Assembly: GCA_963662655.2 (NCBI GenBank)
Contig: CAXXTU010000002.1
Span: forward strand, 1,376,001 to 1,440,000
Length of the DNA: 64,000 nt
Origin: Candidatus Cloacimonadales bacterium
Lineage (GTDB): Bacteria > Cloacimonadota > Cloacimonadia > Cloacimonadales > JAIOQZ01
Direction of reading: 5' to 3'
Of the stretch, positions 1 to 8,942 are shown piece after piece. A program made the translations under genes and the position numbers. How positions within the stretch are numbered: the first letter of the stretch is position 1; every line of letters starts with the position of its first letter. Under the pieces are notes generated by a model. That model was not told the DNA's origin and did not search any database. It worked only from the letters and a program-made list of their open reading frames with translations.

Positions 1-252
1 CAACGGCCCAAGGGTGGGTGGCTTATCGTTTTCAATACCAGTAGAATGCGCTACAAACACCACAATTCGTTTGAAGGAGCATTCTCAAAGCTCAAAAGAA
101 AACGGAGAAATCATTCGAGCATTAAACAGTGAAGAAAAGTAGAATGATCGATGAAATACTATCTAAACAACAACCAGTTTTTACCCTTTTGTCCGATAGG
201 TGGTGATTTAGCGGATTGAGTGACAAACTGCAAATAAAAGAGTTAAAAAAAA

Positions 253-330
253 TGGTCGGGATGAGAAGATTCGAACTTCCGACCTCACGGTCCCGAACCG
301 TGCGCGCTAACCGGACTGCGCTACATCCCG
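253..330 (-). tRNA. tRNA-Pro(CGG)
   Basis: Reverse complement CGGGATGTAGCGCAGTCCGG...CACGG-TTCGGGA-CCGTG...GTTCGAATC...CATCCCGACCA gives a cloverleaf with anticodon CGG and encoded CCA. Confidence 0.97.
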
Positions 331-344
331 ACTTCAATTACGCT

Positions 345-372
345 AAAATCGGAACCCGCACTTTCTTGTCAA
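345..372 (-). promoter_or_regulatory. Putative sigma70 promoter of tRNA-Pro
   Basis: TTGACA-N16-GATTTT just upstream of the tRNA. Confidence 0.5.
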
Positions 373-451
373 ATGATTTTTAGCGGATTTCGCAATGAAA
401 CCATCATGCAATCAAGAAACGTCCCACAATCGTACCATTAACAAGCGGGAG

Positions 452-1309
452 CTATTCGCTTTCCGGCAACAAAATGAAGAACTGATCACGAACGCTCAAT
501 TCCTCATTGAATGGCTCAAGAGCAGGGGAAATGACAGCGATGCGCAAGTTCGGCTCTCTCGTGGAAAGCCTTGCCACCGTTCCCAAGCGGCCTCGTGAAT
601 GGAAGTCTCCGTTGAAATGAATGATCCGCATTCCCGGATTTTCCTGGATGAATACGGCGATGCTCTCGGCCATCGTATCGTCCTTCATGCATTGCGCGGC
701 GTAAAGGTTTTCCAAATTCATCTTGCCCATGGCGTGCGCTTCTCCACCCATGCCGGACGTCATCGTTTCGAGGAAGCGCTTTTTATACTCGTCATTCGGC
801 GCGTGAAGCTCGCTTGCGACGTAAGTCTCATCCTCGTCGGTAAAGCTTTCGAGAGCCTCTACCCCGCCCCGGCTTATCTTCGCGGCTAGGCGTCTCGGAA
901 CATTCGCTGCGATGACGCGCAATTGATTTTCTCGCGCGAATTCGATGATTGGCCGGTAGTCGCTTGCATAATTCGGCCAGGGACGGGAGTTCTCCAGGAA
1001 CTCGTCCTCGGTGACGGAGGCTTCCAGGTACCGATCAAGAACGCCCTGAACGTCCCGCTCGAACATCTCCATCGAGACGGCCAGCTTCGGATCCTTCTCA
1101 TACAACGCTTTCAAGAGCTCTGCCTCGAGCTTGTGCAATACCTCATTATCATGATACTCGCCGAAGAAGATCACATCGTACGGCGCCAGCTCATCCACAA
1201 AGTGCTCGAATGTTATCGGATTGGAATTCTCCGGACCAATGATCTCGTATTCCTGACAAAAAAGCGCTGAGACGATTATCAGTCCCAGCGCTAACATCAT
1301 CCATTTCAT
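452..1309 (-). CDS. ChaN-family (EreA/ChaN/TIKI superfamily) exported protein
   Basis: Signal peptide; motifs FFGEYHDN, SMEMFERD, WPNY..DYRP, AANVPR, AQCMKDDTMAESI, HFNGDFH. Confidence 0.85.
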   Translation of the reverse strand: MKWMMLALGLIIVSALFCQEYEIIGPENSNPITFEHFVDELAPYDVIFFGEYHDNEVLHKLEAELLKALYEKDPKLAVSMEMFERDVQGVLDRYLEASVTEDEFLENSRPWPNYASDYRPIIEFARENQLRVIAANVPRRLAAKISRGGVEALESFTDEDETYVASELHAPNDEYKKRFLETMTSGMGGEAHAMGKMNLENLYAAQCMKDDTMAESIAVFIQENPGMRIIHFNGDFHSRGRLGTVARLSTREPNLRIAVISPALEPFNEELSVRDQFFILLPESE

Positions 1310-2955
1310 CGAAGAACCGTGATCTTACGTGTGACCGGTCCTACTGAGGATTCGGCCCTGACAAAATACACCCCTTCGCCCACTTTCCGATCACGGGTGT
1401 CCCGACCGTCCCATACGGCATGTCCCTGCGCGTCGGTCTGAATCTCTCGCACCATCTGCCCCCGAACATTGTAGATCGATACGGGAACGGGCTTCTGCGT
1501 GGGAATGGAAAGCTTGAGGAACTCGCCGGAATACGGATTCGGGGCAATCGAAAGGCGGATCGGGGCTTCAGTAAGATCGTCGTCCACTGAAACTTGCTCG
1601 TCGACCTCGTACTCGTAGGTCACGCTGTGGTGGCTCTGGTTCGAGAACACCAGGATCACGCTGCTGTAGTTTTCGCTGGTAGCATGCGAAGTAAACGTAA
1701 GCTCGTCGTCGCAGTAGTGCATCAAGACCAGCGTTCCTGCCGGATCGTTACCCAGCCGGACTTCCGCGATGGCAACGGGATTGTTGACGCTCACCTCGAA
1801 AGTCAGCGGCGTTTCGCCCGTAACGATCTTGCTGTATTCAGCCGCCCAGGGGCTCACAGTTCCCGAGCCGTCGTCCGGCAGGCTCGTATGAAGATTCTGG
1901 GCGTGGAAAAGCGGCAGATCGAGCAATTCATAGCCATACAGTCCTTCGTAGGGATGCAGATCGTTTATGAAATTGGCGATTGTCCAATCGTGGAACAGGT
2001 CTTCAAAGAACATACCCACCTCGTGGGCGTCCATCACGTCCTCGATGCCATTGATTCCGTTAGTGGGATTGGAAACGATATCCTGAATCAACGTTCCGTC
2101 GTCGTAATGCTCTGCCAAATAGGTAAAAAAGAGCATCACTTTCACGTAGTCCGCGAATTCTTGTTCCCACTCGATAAGCGAGTTGTCGGGATTGGTGTTG
2201 AAGCCGGTAATGGGATCGGGCAGGCCGAACCATACCATCGCCAGCTCCGCGCAGCCTTCGTCCACCCAGGTTTCTTCGTTGGGATCGCCTCCCCAGTGAA
2301 TAAGATGCTGCAATTCGTGCGCGAGCACGGAAATTCGTATCATCTCGACCGGATCGAGCGGGGAGCAGGTCATGTAGATCATTTCACATTCGTTGCTGTG
2401 ACCGGCTGGACTCATCTGCTGCGCCTCTTGTTCGGTCACTTGGTTGTAAGGGCTGAAGTAGCCGTCGAACATGCTTCCCTGGAACTGTCCCAAAGCCGAG
2501 TAGAAAACGATTAGCTTCGGGTCGTTGTCCAACTCGTCCGGAATGGGCCCGAAGAGCTCGGCGTCCATCTGGATTGCCCCATATTGATCGGAGTTCAGCG
2601 TTTCTTCTTCCAGATACGGCATGATCGTGTCCACATCGTCCTGATCCATGTTGCTGTTCCACTGGTCGTCTGCGACAAACAGATAGCAATGCTCGCCCAC
2701 CGCGCGGCAGGTGGCGTCCGTCTGTATCCAGCTCGGGGGCATGATGCTCAGGTTCCAACGCCAGAAAGTCCTGGTATCGCCAACTTCATAATCCCTCACA
2801 TCGCGGCTCATTTTGGTCTGCCGATGTTGTTCGGAACTCTTCCATTGCTCGGTCTGTATCGATAACTCACGTCTGAAATTATCGAACTCGCCGTTTGTAA
2901 AAGCAGACGCGATCGTCCCTATGAGAACCAAAGCGATTACGAGAATGTATTTCAT
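1306..2955 (-). CDS. Secreted zinc metallopeptidase (M30-like) with C-terminal FlgD-Ig/T9SS-type sorting domain
   Basis: Signal peptide; HELQH motif followed by W..EG.AE; C-terminal PNP...IYNVRGQ.VR...WDGRD...GVYFVR. Confidence 0.8.
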   Translation of the reverse strand: MKYILVIALVLIGTIASAFTNGEFDNFRRELSIQTEQWKSSEQHRQTKMSRDVRDYEVGDTRTFWRWNLSIMPPSWIQTDATCRAVGEHCYLFVADDQWNSNMDQDDVDTIMPYLEEETLNSDQYGAIQMDAELFGPIPDELDNDPKLIVFYSALGQFQGSMFDGYFSPYNQVTEQEAQQMSPAGHSNECEMIYMTCSPLDPVEMIRISVLAHELQHLIHWGGDPNEETWVDEGCAELAMVWFGLPDPITGFNTNPDNSLIEWEQEFADYVKVMLFFTYLAEHYDDGTLIQDIVSNPTNGINGIEDVMDAHEVGMFFEDLFHDWTIANFINDLHPYEGLYGYELLDLPLFHAQNLHTSLPDDGSGTVSPWAAEYSKIVTGETPLTFEVSVNNPVAIAEVRLGNDPAGTLVLMHYCDDELTFTSHATSENYSSVILVFSNQSHHSVTYEYEVDEQVSVDDDLTEAPIRLSIAPNPYSGEFLKLSIPTQKPVPVSIYNVRGQMVREIQTDAQGHAVWDGRDTRDRKVGEGVYFVRAESSVGPVTRKITVLR

Positions 2956-3079
2956 ACAAAACCTCCTTTCGTACCTTCCTGAAAAAATAATGGAACAGAA
3001 AAGTTGTCAATTTCATTATTGTTTGATTCTTTTGATCGGATCATGTATAATACCGCGAGACAGTCGGATTGGAGGTACG

Positions 3080-3826
3080 ATGGATCGAACGGAAATCGTT
3101 TTGATCGGAACGCTTCACGAAGCGCACAGAAAGAATGCGAACTTTTCTGTTTATGATCTGCATAAAATCCTGCGCAGGATCGAGCCGGAAGTCCTCTTCC
3201 TCGATCTGCCCGTCAGTCTCGCCGGACGACGCGGAACAATCCCGCGTCGCATTATCAATGAAGGAGATCTCCCGGAGCTCGAAGCGATTCGCGAGATTGT
3301 TTCGCGTGAAAGCCTGGACGTCATTCCATTCGATATCCCCGATCTGATCGATCGGATCGAGCGGATCAATTCCAGGCGCGATGAAGCGGGAGAATTATTG
3401 AACAAGTGGCAGTCGGAACTGGAAAGAAATGACGCGAACGCTATGTATCTTCAGATGTTATCGCTGGCCCTGGAGCTTAGGGAAATTCAAAATTTCCACT
3501 ATGTCAACGTCGATCCGTTTATCATTAATTCCACGGGGTTCGACCGCATCGTTAGGCTGCGGCACAACATCTGGAGTGAACTGCTTCCCGAAATATTACG
3601 GAAGTTCGCTCGCTTTGAGAAACTCAGAAATTATTGGATGAATTACTACGAATTCTGGTATTATCGCAATTCCAAGATGGTTGAGAATATTCATCACACA
3701 CTGGAACATTTTCAGGGGAAACGCTGCGCGATTCTCGTCGGCGCGGAACACCGCTATGTATTGAAAGACATGTTTCCCCGCTCGGATAATTACATTGTAA
3801 AGGAATTTTATGACCTCGAACTCTAA
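3080..3826 (+). CDS. Cytoplasmic TraB/EreA/ChaN-fold hydrolase-like protein
   Basis: GGAGG before ATG 3080; LIGTLH...RN..MVENI...ILVGAEH pattern. Confidence 0.6.
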   Translation: MDRTEIVLIGTLHEAHRKNANFSVYDLHKILRRIEPEVLFLDLPVSLAGRRGTIPRRIINEGDLPELEAIREIVSRESLDVIPFDIPDLIDRIERINSRRDEAGELLNKWQSELERNDANAMYLQMLSLALELREIQNFHYVNVDPFIINSTGFDRIVRLRHNIWSELLPEILRKFARFEKLRNYWMNYYEFWYYRNSKMVENIHHTLEHFQGKRCAILVGAEHRYVLKDMFPRSDNYIVKEFYDLEL

Positions 3827-5246
3827 TGGTGATTTGCAGGGCAAATCATCTTCTCATGGTGATTTGCAAAACAAATCATCTTCAGCAGCAAGAAAACAAG
3901 TACTCGACGACAGTAATATTCGCAAACTATTGATCAAGCTTTCGCTGCCGGCAATGGTCGGCATGATGATTCAAGCGCTATACAACGTGGTCGATCGTAT
4001 CTACGTCGGTCAGGGCGTGGGAAAGGAAGCGATCGCCGGAATTACGATATGCTTCCCCATCCAGATGATGGCGCTGGCCGTCGGTACCACGGTGGGAATC
4101 GGTGCCGCATCCATGATATCGCGCAGCCTCGGTTCAGGCGATATCGATCGGGCGGACAGGACGTTCGGCAACGCGGTCCTGCTCTCGGTCGTTTTCGGAT
4201 CGTTGATCGCGACATTCGGACTCACCAACATCGACTGGCTATTGAACGTATTCGGCTCTACCCCGTCGATCTACCAGCACGCGCGGGACTATCTCGGAAC
4301 GATCCTTATCGGTAACGTCTTCTTCGCCTATTCGGTTGCCAGCAACAACATCATCCGCTCGGAGGGAAACGCAAAGGTCGCGATGATCTCCATGCTAATC
4401 TCAGCTCTCAGCAACATCATTCTGGATCCGATCTTCATCTTCTGGTTTAAAATGGGCGTTCGAGGAGCGGCAATCGCCACAGTTATGGCACAATTTTTAA
4501 TGGCAGTATGGGTAACGAGATATCACCTTTCCGGGGGCAGCCATCTTACATTCCGGTTCTCCTATCTCAAACCCGTGTGGAATATCATACGTGAAATGAT
4601 GGCGATCGGAAGCTCGTCCTTCGCTCGGCAGATTGCCATGAGCGGCAGCGCGATCCTGGTCAACCAGTCGCTACGGCACTATGGTTCCGAGACCCACATC
4701 GCCGCGTTTGGGATTATCAACAGCATCATCATGATGGTTATGATGCCGATATTCGGCATTTCGCAAGCGCTACAACCGATTATCGGTTTCAACTACGGTG
4801 CGAAGCGATATTTTCAGATCAAACGAGCCTACATCATGGCCTCGGGGGCAGGTACGGTGATCATCGTCATAGGAACGGCGATCATGGCGTTGTTCCCAAC
4901 GCTGCTTATCAAGGCGTTCACAACGGATACCGAGCTGATTCATGAAGCGGCGCGATACATGCGAGTGATCATCTTTGGCTTGCCGTTCGTCGCGCTCCAG
5001 ATTAATGGAACCGTCAATTTCCAAGCAACCGGGAAGGCTTCCGCGGCGATGCTGCTGTCTCTTTCGAGGCAGGTTCTGATGCTGATACCTATGGTCATCG
5101 TTCTCCCGAAATTCTTCGGTCTGTTTGGCGTGTTCGTATCCTTCCCCATCTCGGACATCCTCACAACGCTCCTTACACTGGTTTTCGTGATCAGGCAAAT
5201 CCGCCATTTCAATAAGCTGAGCGCTCTTGAAACGGTGAATGTATGA
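3810..5246 (+). CDS. MATE family efflux transporter (MepA-like)
   Basis: LSLPAMVGM..QALYNVVDRIYVG, NIILDPIFIF, MG..GAAIAT, IGFNYGAK; about 12 hydrophobic segments. Confidence 0.93.
   Translation: MTSNSNGDLQGKSSSHGDLQNKSSSAARKQVLDDSNIRKLLIKLSLPAMVGMMIQALYNVVDRIYVGQGVGKEAIAGITICFPIQMMALAVGTTVGIGAASMISRSLGSGDIDRADRTFGNAVLLSVVFGSLIATFGLTNIDWLLNVFGSTPSIYQHARDYLGTILIGNVFFAYSVASNNIIRSEGNAKVAMISMLISALSNIILDPIFIFWFKMGVRGAAIATVMAQFLMAVWVTRYHLSGGSHLTFRFSYLKPVWNIIREMMAIGSSSFARQIAMSGSAILVNQSLRHYGSETHIAAFGIINSIIMMVMMPIFGISQALQPIIGFNYGAKRYFQIKRAYIMASGAGTVIIVIGTAIMALFPTLLIKAFTTDTELIHEAARYMRVIIFGLPFVALQINGTVNFQATGKASAAMLLSLSRQVLMLIPMVIVLPKFFGLFGVFVSFPISDILTTLLTLVFVIRQIRHFNKLSALETVNV
3826..3885 (+). repeat. 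30-bp tandem duplication, each copy palindromic
   Basis: ATGGTGATTTGCAGGGCAAATCATCTTCTC followed by ATGGTGATTTGCAAAACAAATCATCTTCAG. Confidence 0.9.
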
Positions 5247-6799
5247 GTAACCGGCAGCTTGCCAGAAACACGCTCGCCATGACATTGGCCGTGTTCCTGA
5301 GCCGGATTCTCGGCCTGGCTCGCGACCTCATTTTTGCCGGATTCTTCGGGACGTCCTATGTGGCGGACGCCTTCAACCTGGCGTTCCTGCTTCCCAATCT
5401 ACTGCGCAGGCTGTTCGGCGAAGGCGCGCTCTCGGCAGCCTTCGTTCCGCTCTACAACGAGATGGGGATCAAGGCAGGCGCGAAGGAACAAATCCGCTAC
5501 GGGCTGCAAGTCGTAAGCGTTCTGAGCATCTTCCTCGTGATACTGAGCCTGATCGGGACGCTGTTCGCACCGCTGATCGTAAGGATATTCGCGCCGGGAT
5601 TCGACGAAGAGACCGCCGACCTGACGGTCAAACTGGCGCGTATCATGTTCCCATACCTGTTTTTGGTCGGCGTGTCTTCCACATTGATCTCGATCCTGAA
5701 CTCCCACGGTCATTTCTTCATTCCGGGGCTTTCTTCCGCCTTTTTCAACGTGGGCATGATCGCCGTGCTCGGAATTTATGCACTGCTGAAACCTTCCGAC
5801 ATTAACGTCTATGCCGTGGCGCTGTCCTGGGGTGTGCTCCTGGGCGGCGTTTTGCAGACGGTTGTCAATTTCCCGCAGCTACACAGGCATGGCTACAGGA
5901 TCATGCTTTATTTGAAGGGAAACCGCACGGCAATGGGGCAGCTATGGAATCGCTTCATCCCGGGAGTTGTCGGAATCGCGATCCTGCAAATCAATCTTGT
6001 GATCGACCGGATGCTGGCGTCGTTCCTTCCGGAGGGAAGCATCTCGTCGCTTACGTACGCATATCGTCTGATGCAGCTTCCGCTGGGCATGTTTGCCGTT
6101 GCGGCGGGGACCGCGGCCATTCCCGAATTCTCGCGCCTGATCGTGCAGAAGAACTGGAAGGAACTTGCCGACAAAATCCGCTTCGCATCCCTTTCGATGA
6201 TTCTTCTCATGGTCCCGGTGACCGCTTTTATCGCGGCCTCGGCAGAGGATCTTATCCGCGTGATTTTCATGCGGGGAGAGTTTGACGCCGAAGCGCTCGC
6301 CATGACAACACCGGCCCTGATCATGTACAGCGCCGGACTGGTTTTCTTCAGCGTAAACCGCATCCTGGTGCCCGTTTTTCACGCGCATGGCAACACGAAG
6401 ACACCCGTGATCATTTCGGGAGCATCCACAGTTGTAAATATCGTGTTCAATCTCATCCTGATGCAGTTTTTTGCTCATGTCGGGCTGGCGATGGCAACAT
6501 CGATCTCCGCCGTTTTCCAGATGATCGTTCTGATGGCGCTAATCAGGAGAAAGTATCCGGCGATACAAGCGCCTTCCATGCTGAAGCAGGTTTTCCAGAG
6601 TCTCGCGATTGGAGCGCTTGTTTACGCAGCGAAGGTTCCGCTGGTTTTCATGTTACCTGGAACGAGCTGGCTTTTCGCTGCGATGCGGGTTGCTTTGCAT
6701 ATCGCGTTGACCATCATAATATGTTTTCTCGGTTTGCGCTTGATGGGCGTAGCCTTTGATATGAAGAGACGCAGGTTCACATGGAAAATAAGTTCCTGA
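5243..6799 (+). CDS. murJ: Lipid II flippase MurJ/MviN
   Basis: SRILGLARD, ADAF..AF.LPNLLRRLFGEGALSAAFVP, YAYRLMQLPLG. Confidence 0.95.
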   Translation: MSNRQLARNTLAMTLAVFLSRILGLARDLIFAGFFGTSYVADAFNLAFLLPNLLRRLFGEGALSAAFVPLYNEMGIKAGAKEQIRYGLQVVSVLSIFLVILSLIGTLFAPLIVRIFAPGFDEETADLTVKLARIMFPYLFLVGVSSTLISILNSHGHFFIPGLSSAFFNVGMIAVLGIYALLKPSDINVYAVALSWGVLLGGVLQTVVNFPQLHRHGYRIMLYLKGNRTAMGQLWNRFIPGVVGIAILQINLVIDRMLASFLPEGSISSLTYAYRLMQLPLGMFAVAAGTAAIPEFSRLIVQKNWKELADKIRFASLSMILLMVPVTAFIAASAEDLIRVIFMRGEFDAEALAMTTPALIMYSAGLVFFSVNRILVPVFHAHGNTKTPVIISGASTVVNIVFNLILMQFFAHVGLAMATSISAVFQMIVLMALIRRKYPAIQAPSMLKQVFQSLAIGALVYAAKVPLVFMLPGTSWLFAAMRVALHIALTIIICFLGLRLMGVAFDMKRRRFTWKISS

Positions 6800-8601
6800 A
6801 GAAACTTGCGCTGATCCCTGATAAGCCCGGCGTCTATCGCATGCGAAACGCCGACGGCGAGATCATCTACGTGGGGAAAGCGCTCAATCTCAAGAATCGC
6901 GTAAAGTCCTATTTCACCGGAACTCCCGCAGATGAAAAGACACGCAGTCTCGTGGAAAACATCGCCGACTTCGATTATATCATCACCGTCAGCGAGTACG
7001 AAGCGCTGGTTCTGGAAGCGAACCTGATCAAGCAGCACAGACCGCACTACAACATTCGCCTGAAGGACGACAAGCAGTATCCCTTTATCCGCATCACCAT
7101 GGGAGAGCCCTTTCCAAGAGTTTACGTCACGAGAGAGCAAGTGAAGAATGGATCACGGTACTTCGGACCCTACACGGATTCCAGGGCCGTCAGGAGAACA
7201 ATTCGCCTGATCGAGTGGATTTTCCCCGTGCGGAACTGCACTCGTGAAATCCCCGAGGACGCCGTGATCTACGAGCGTCCGTGCATGAATTATCAGATGG
7301 GGAAGTGTCCCGCTCCGTGCGTCGGTTACATCAGCAAGCAGGACTACCGGCAAACGATATCGCAGATCATACGCTTTCTGCAAGGGAAAGATCAGGAGGT
7401 CGTAGAGGGAATCCGGCAGAAGATGCAGGAGTTTTCTGACAAACTCGAGTTCGAGAAGGCCGCCAACATGCGGGATCGTCTTCAGCATATCGAATCGCTG
7501 ATGAAAAGCCAGAATGTGTTCTTCTCGGACGGCAAGGATCGCGATGTCGTTGGGCTGTATATCGAAGGCAACCGGGCTGTTATCTCGGTGCTCAAAGTTC
7601 TCTCCGGGAAGCTTCTCAATCGCGAGCTCCACGAACTGGAGAACGCAGAGGAGAAAACGGAAGCGCAACTCCTGACAGCATTCCTCCAGCAGTATTATTC
7701 CGCGATGATCGACCGAAACGGGATCGAGAATTTACCCTACCGGATCTACCTCCAGAGCGAGCCGGAGGACTTCGACGTACTGAACGGCTGGCTGAGGAAC
7801 AAGCTGCTCGTTCCCCAGCGGGGAGACAATCGAAAGCTGATGCTCATGGCGCGGGAAAACGCATTCAACTACGTCGAAGAGATGAAACTCCGGTATCTGC
7901 GCAAGAAGAACCGCACCATTTTCCCCATCCAGGAACTGAAGGATCGTCTCGGACTCCCGCAGCTCCCGCGGAAGATCGCATGTATCGATATCTCAACCAT
8001 TCAAGGCTCCGACACCGTTTCATCGCTGGTTTTCTTTGAGAACGGCAAGATGAAGAAGCGGCATTACCGCCACTACATCATGAAAACCGTGCAGGGGCAG
8101 GATGATTTTGCCAGTATGGGAGAGACTCTCACGCGCTATCTCGCGAAGATCGATGAGCAGGAAAAGCCGGATTTAATCGTTATCGACGGTGGAAAGGGGC
8201 AGTTGAATCGCGCCTATGGCGTTCTGCAGAAATCCGGCGTGGAGGGGATCGAGATGATCTCGCTCGCAAAACGCATAGAGGAAGTGTTCCGTCCCGGGAA
8301 AAGCGAATCCGTTATCCTTCCACGGTCGTCGTCGGGACTCAGGTTACTCATCCGCGTTCGTGACGAAGCGCACCGGTTCGCGATTACCTTCCACCGCAAG
8401 CAGCGCTCCATGCGGACGCTCGTCAGTGAGCTGGACAACATCAAGGGGCTCGGTAACGAGAAGAAGTTTCTGCTGCTCAAGACGTTCGGCTCGGTCGAGA
8501 ACATCCGACAATCGTCCAGCGAACAACTCACGCAAGTCCCTGGAATAGGCGAAAAGACCGCGAAGTACATCATCGAATCGCTAAGCTCCGGGAAATCCTG
8601 A
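6781..8601 (+). CDS. uvrC: Excinuclease ABC subunit C
   Basis: GIY-YIG N-terminus (PGVY...IYVGKA.NLKNRV.SYF), DIS, DLIVIDGGKGQL, RDEAHRFAITFHR, HhH tail. Confidence 0.97.
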   Translation: MENKFLKKLALIPDKPGVYRMRNADGEIIYVGKALNLKNRVKSYFTGTPADEKTRSLVENIADFDYIITVSEYEALVLEANLIKQHRPHYNIRLKDDKQYPFIRITMGEPFPRVYVTREQVKNGSRYFGPYTDSRAVRRTIRLIEWIFPVRNCTREIPEDAVIYERPCMNYQMGKCPAPCVGYISKQDYRQTISQIIRFLQGKDQEVVEGIRQKMQEFSDKLEFEKAANMRDRLQHIESLMKSQNVFFSDGKDRDVVGLYIEGNRAVISVLKVLSGKLLNRELHELENAEEKTEAQLLTAFLQQYYSAMIDRNGIENLPYRIYLQSEPEDFDVLNGWLRNKLLVPQRGDNRKLMLMARENAFNYVEEMKLRYLRKKNRTIFPIQELKDRLGLPQLPRKIACIDISTIQGSDTVSSLVFFENGKMKKRHYRHYIMKTVQGQDDFASMGETLTRYLAKIDEQEKPDLIVIDGGKGQLNRAYGVLQKSGVEGIEMISLAKRIEEVFRPGKSESVILPRSSSGLRLLIRVRDEAHRFAITFHRKQRSMRTLVSELDNIKGLGNEKKFLLLKTFGSVENIRQSSSEQLTQVPGIGEKTAKYIIESLSSGKS

Positions 8602-8624
8602 ATCCCTTTTTTACCAATCTGCAA

Positions 8625-8822
8625 ACCCGGGCTGCGCGGCGGGGCGGCGTTGTGCGCTGCGCGCACTTACAAGATTCAGGAATGATTCTGCGGAATCATT
8701 CCTGAATCTTGCGAAGCCCGAAAAGAAACCCCGCACGAATCGCAGTTCGTTAAAGTTCATTCCAACCTTGTCGCGATTCGTGTGGGGTGAAGAGGGCTTC
8801 AACGCCGCCCCGCCACTCGGGT
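8625..8822. repeat. Structured intergenic element A (nested inverted repeats, four-way junction)
   Basis: GGCGGGGCGGCGTTG/CAACGCCGCCCCGCC outer stem; GTGCGC-TGC-GCGCAC hairpin; perfect 19-bp hairpin 8670-8711; GAAGCCC/GGGCTTC and ACCCCGCACGAATCGC/GCGATTCGTGTGGGGT stems. Confidence 0.85.
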
Positions 8823-8858
8823 GGTGACCTGCATCAAAGGTCGGCAGCCTACTCGAGG

Positions 8859-8933
8859 CTACCAGAAAAAGGCAATTGCTCCCCAGATGATCGCACTCGC
8901 GATGATGAAAGCGCCAACGCTCTTCTTCTTCAT
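8859..8933 (-). CDS. 24-aa hydrophobic small ORF MKKKSVGAFIIASAIIWGAIAFFW (small membrane peptide or truncated gene)
   Basis: AGGAG RBS overlapping the stop of the upstream TraB gene; basic N-terminus plus one TM helix. Confidence 0.55.
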   Translation of the reverse strand: MKKKSVGAFIIASAIIWGAIAFFW

Positions 8934-8942
8934 GGATCGCTC

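Noticed and set aside
122..337. 71-aa ORF, plus ORF 54851-55060 and the N-terminal extension of 38843-39529
   Set aside because: These are translations of tRNA genes
3826..3885. Possible CRISPR repeat pair
   Set aside because: Two adjacent units with no spacer, in frame within a CDS, and no cas genes nearby
8625..8822. Element A as 6S, SRP, RNase P or tmRNA
   Set aside because: I could not find the hallmark motifs of these RNAs or an upstream promoter, and a diverged inverted sister copy argues for a repeat family; an Rfam scan is still needed
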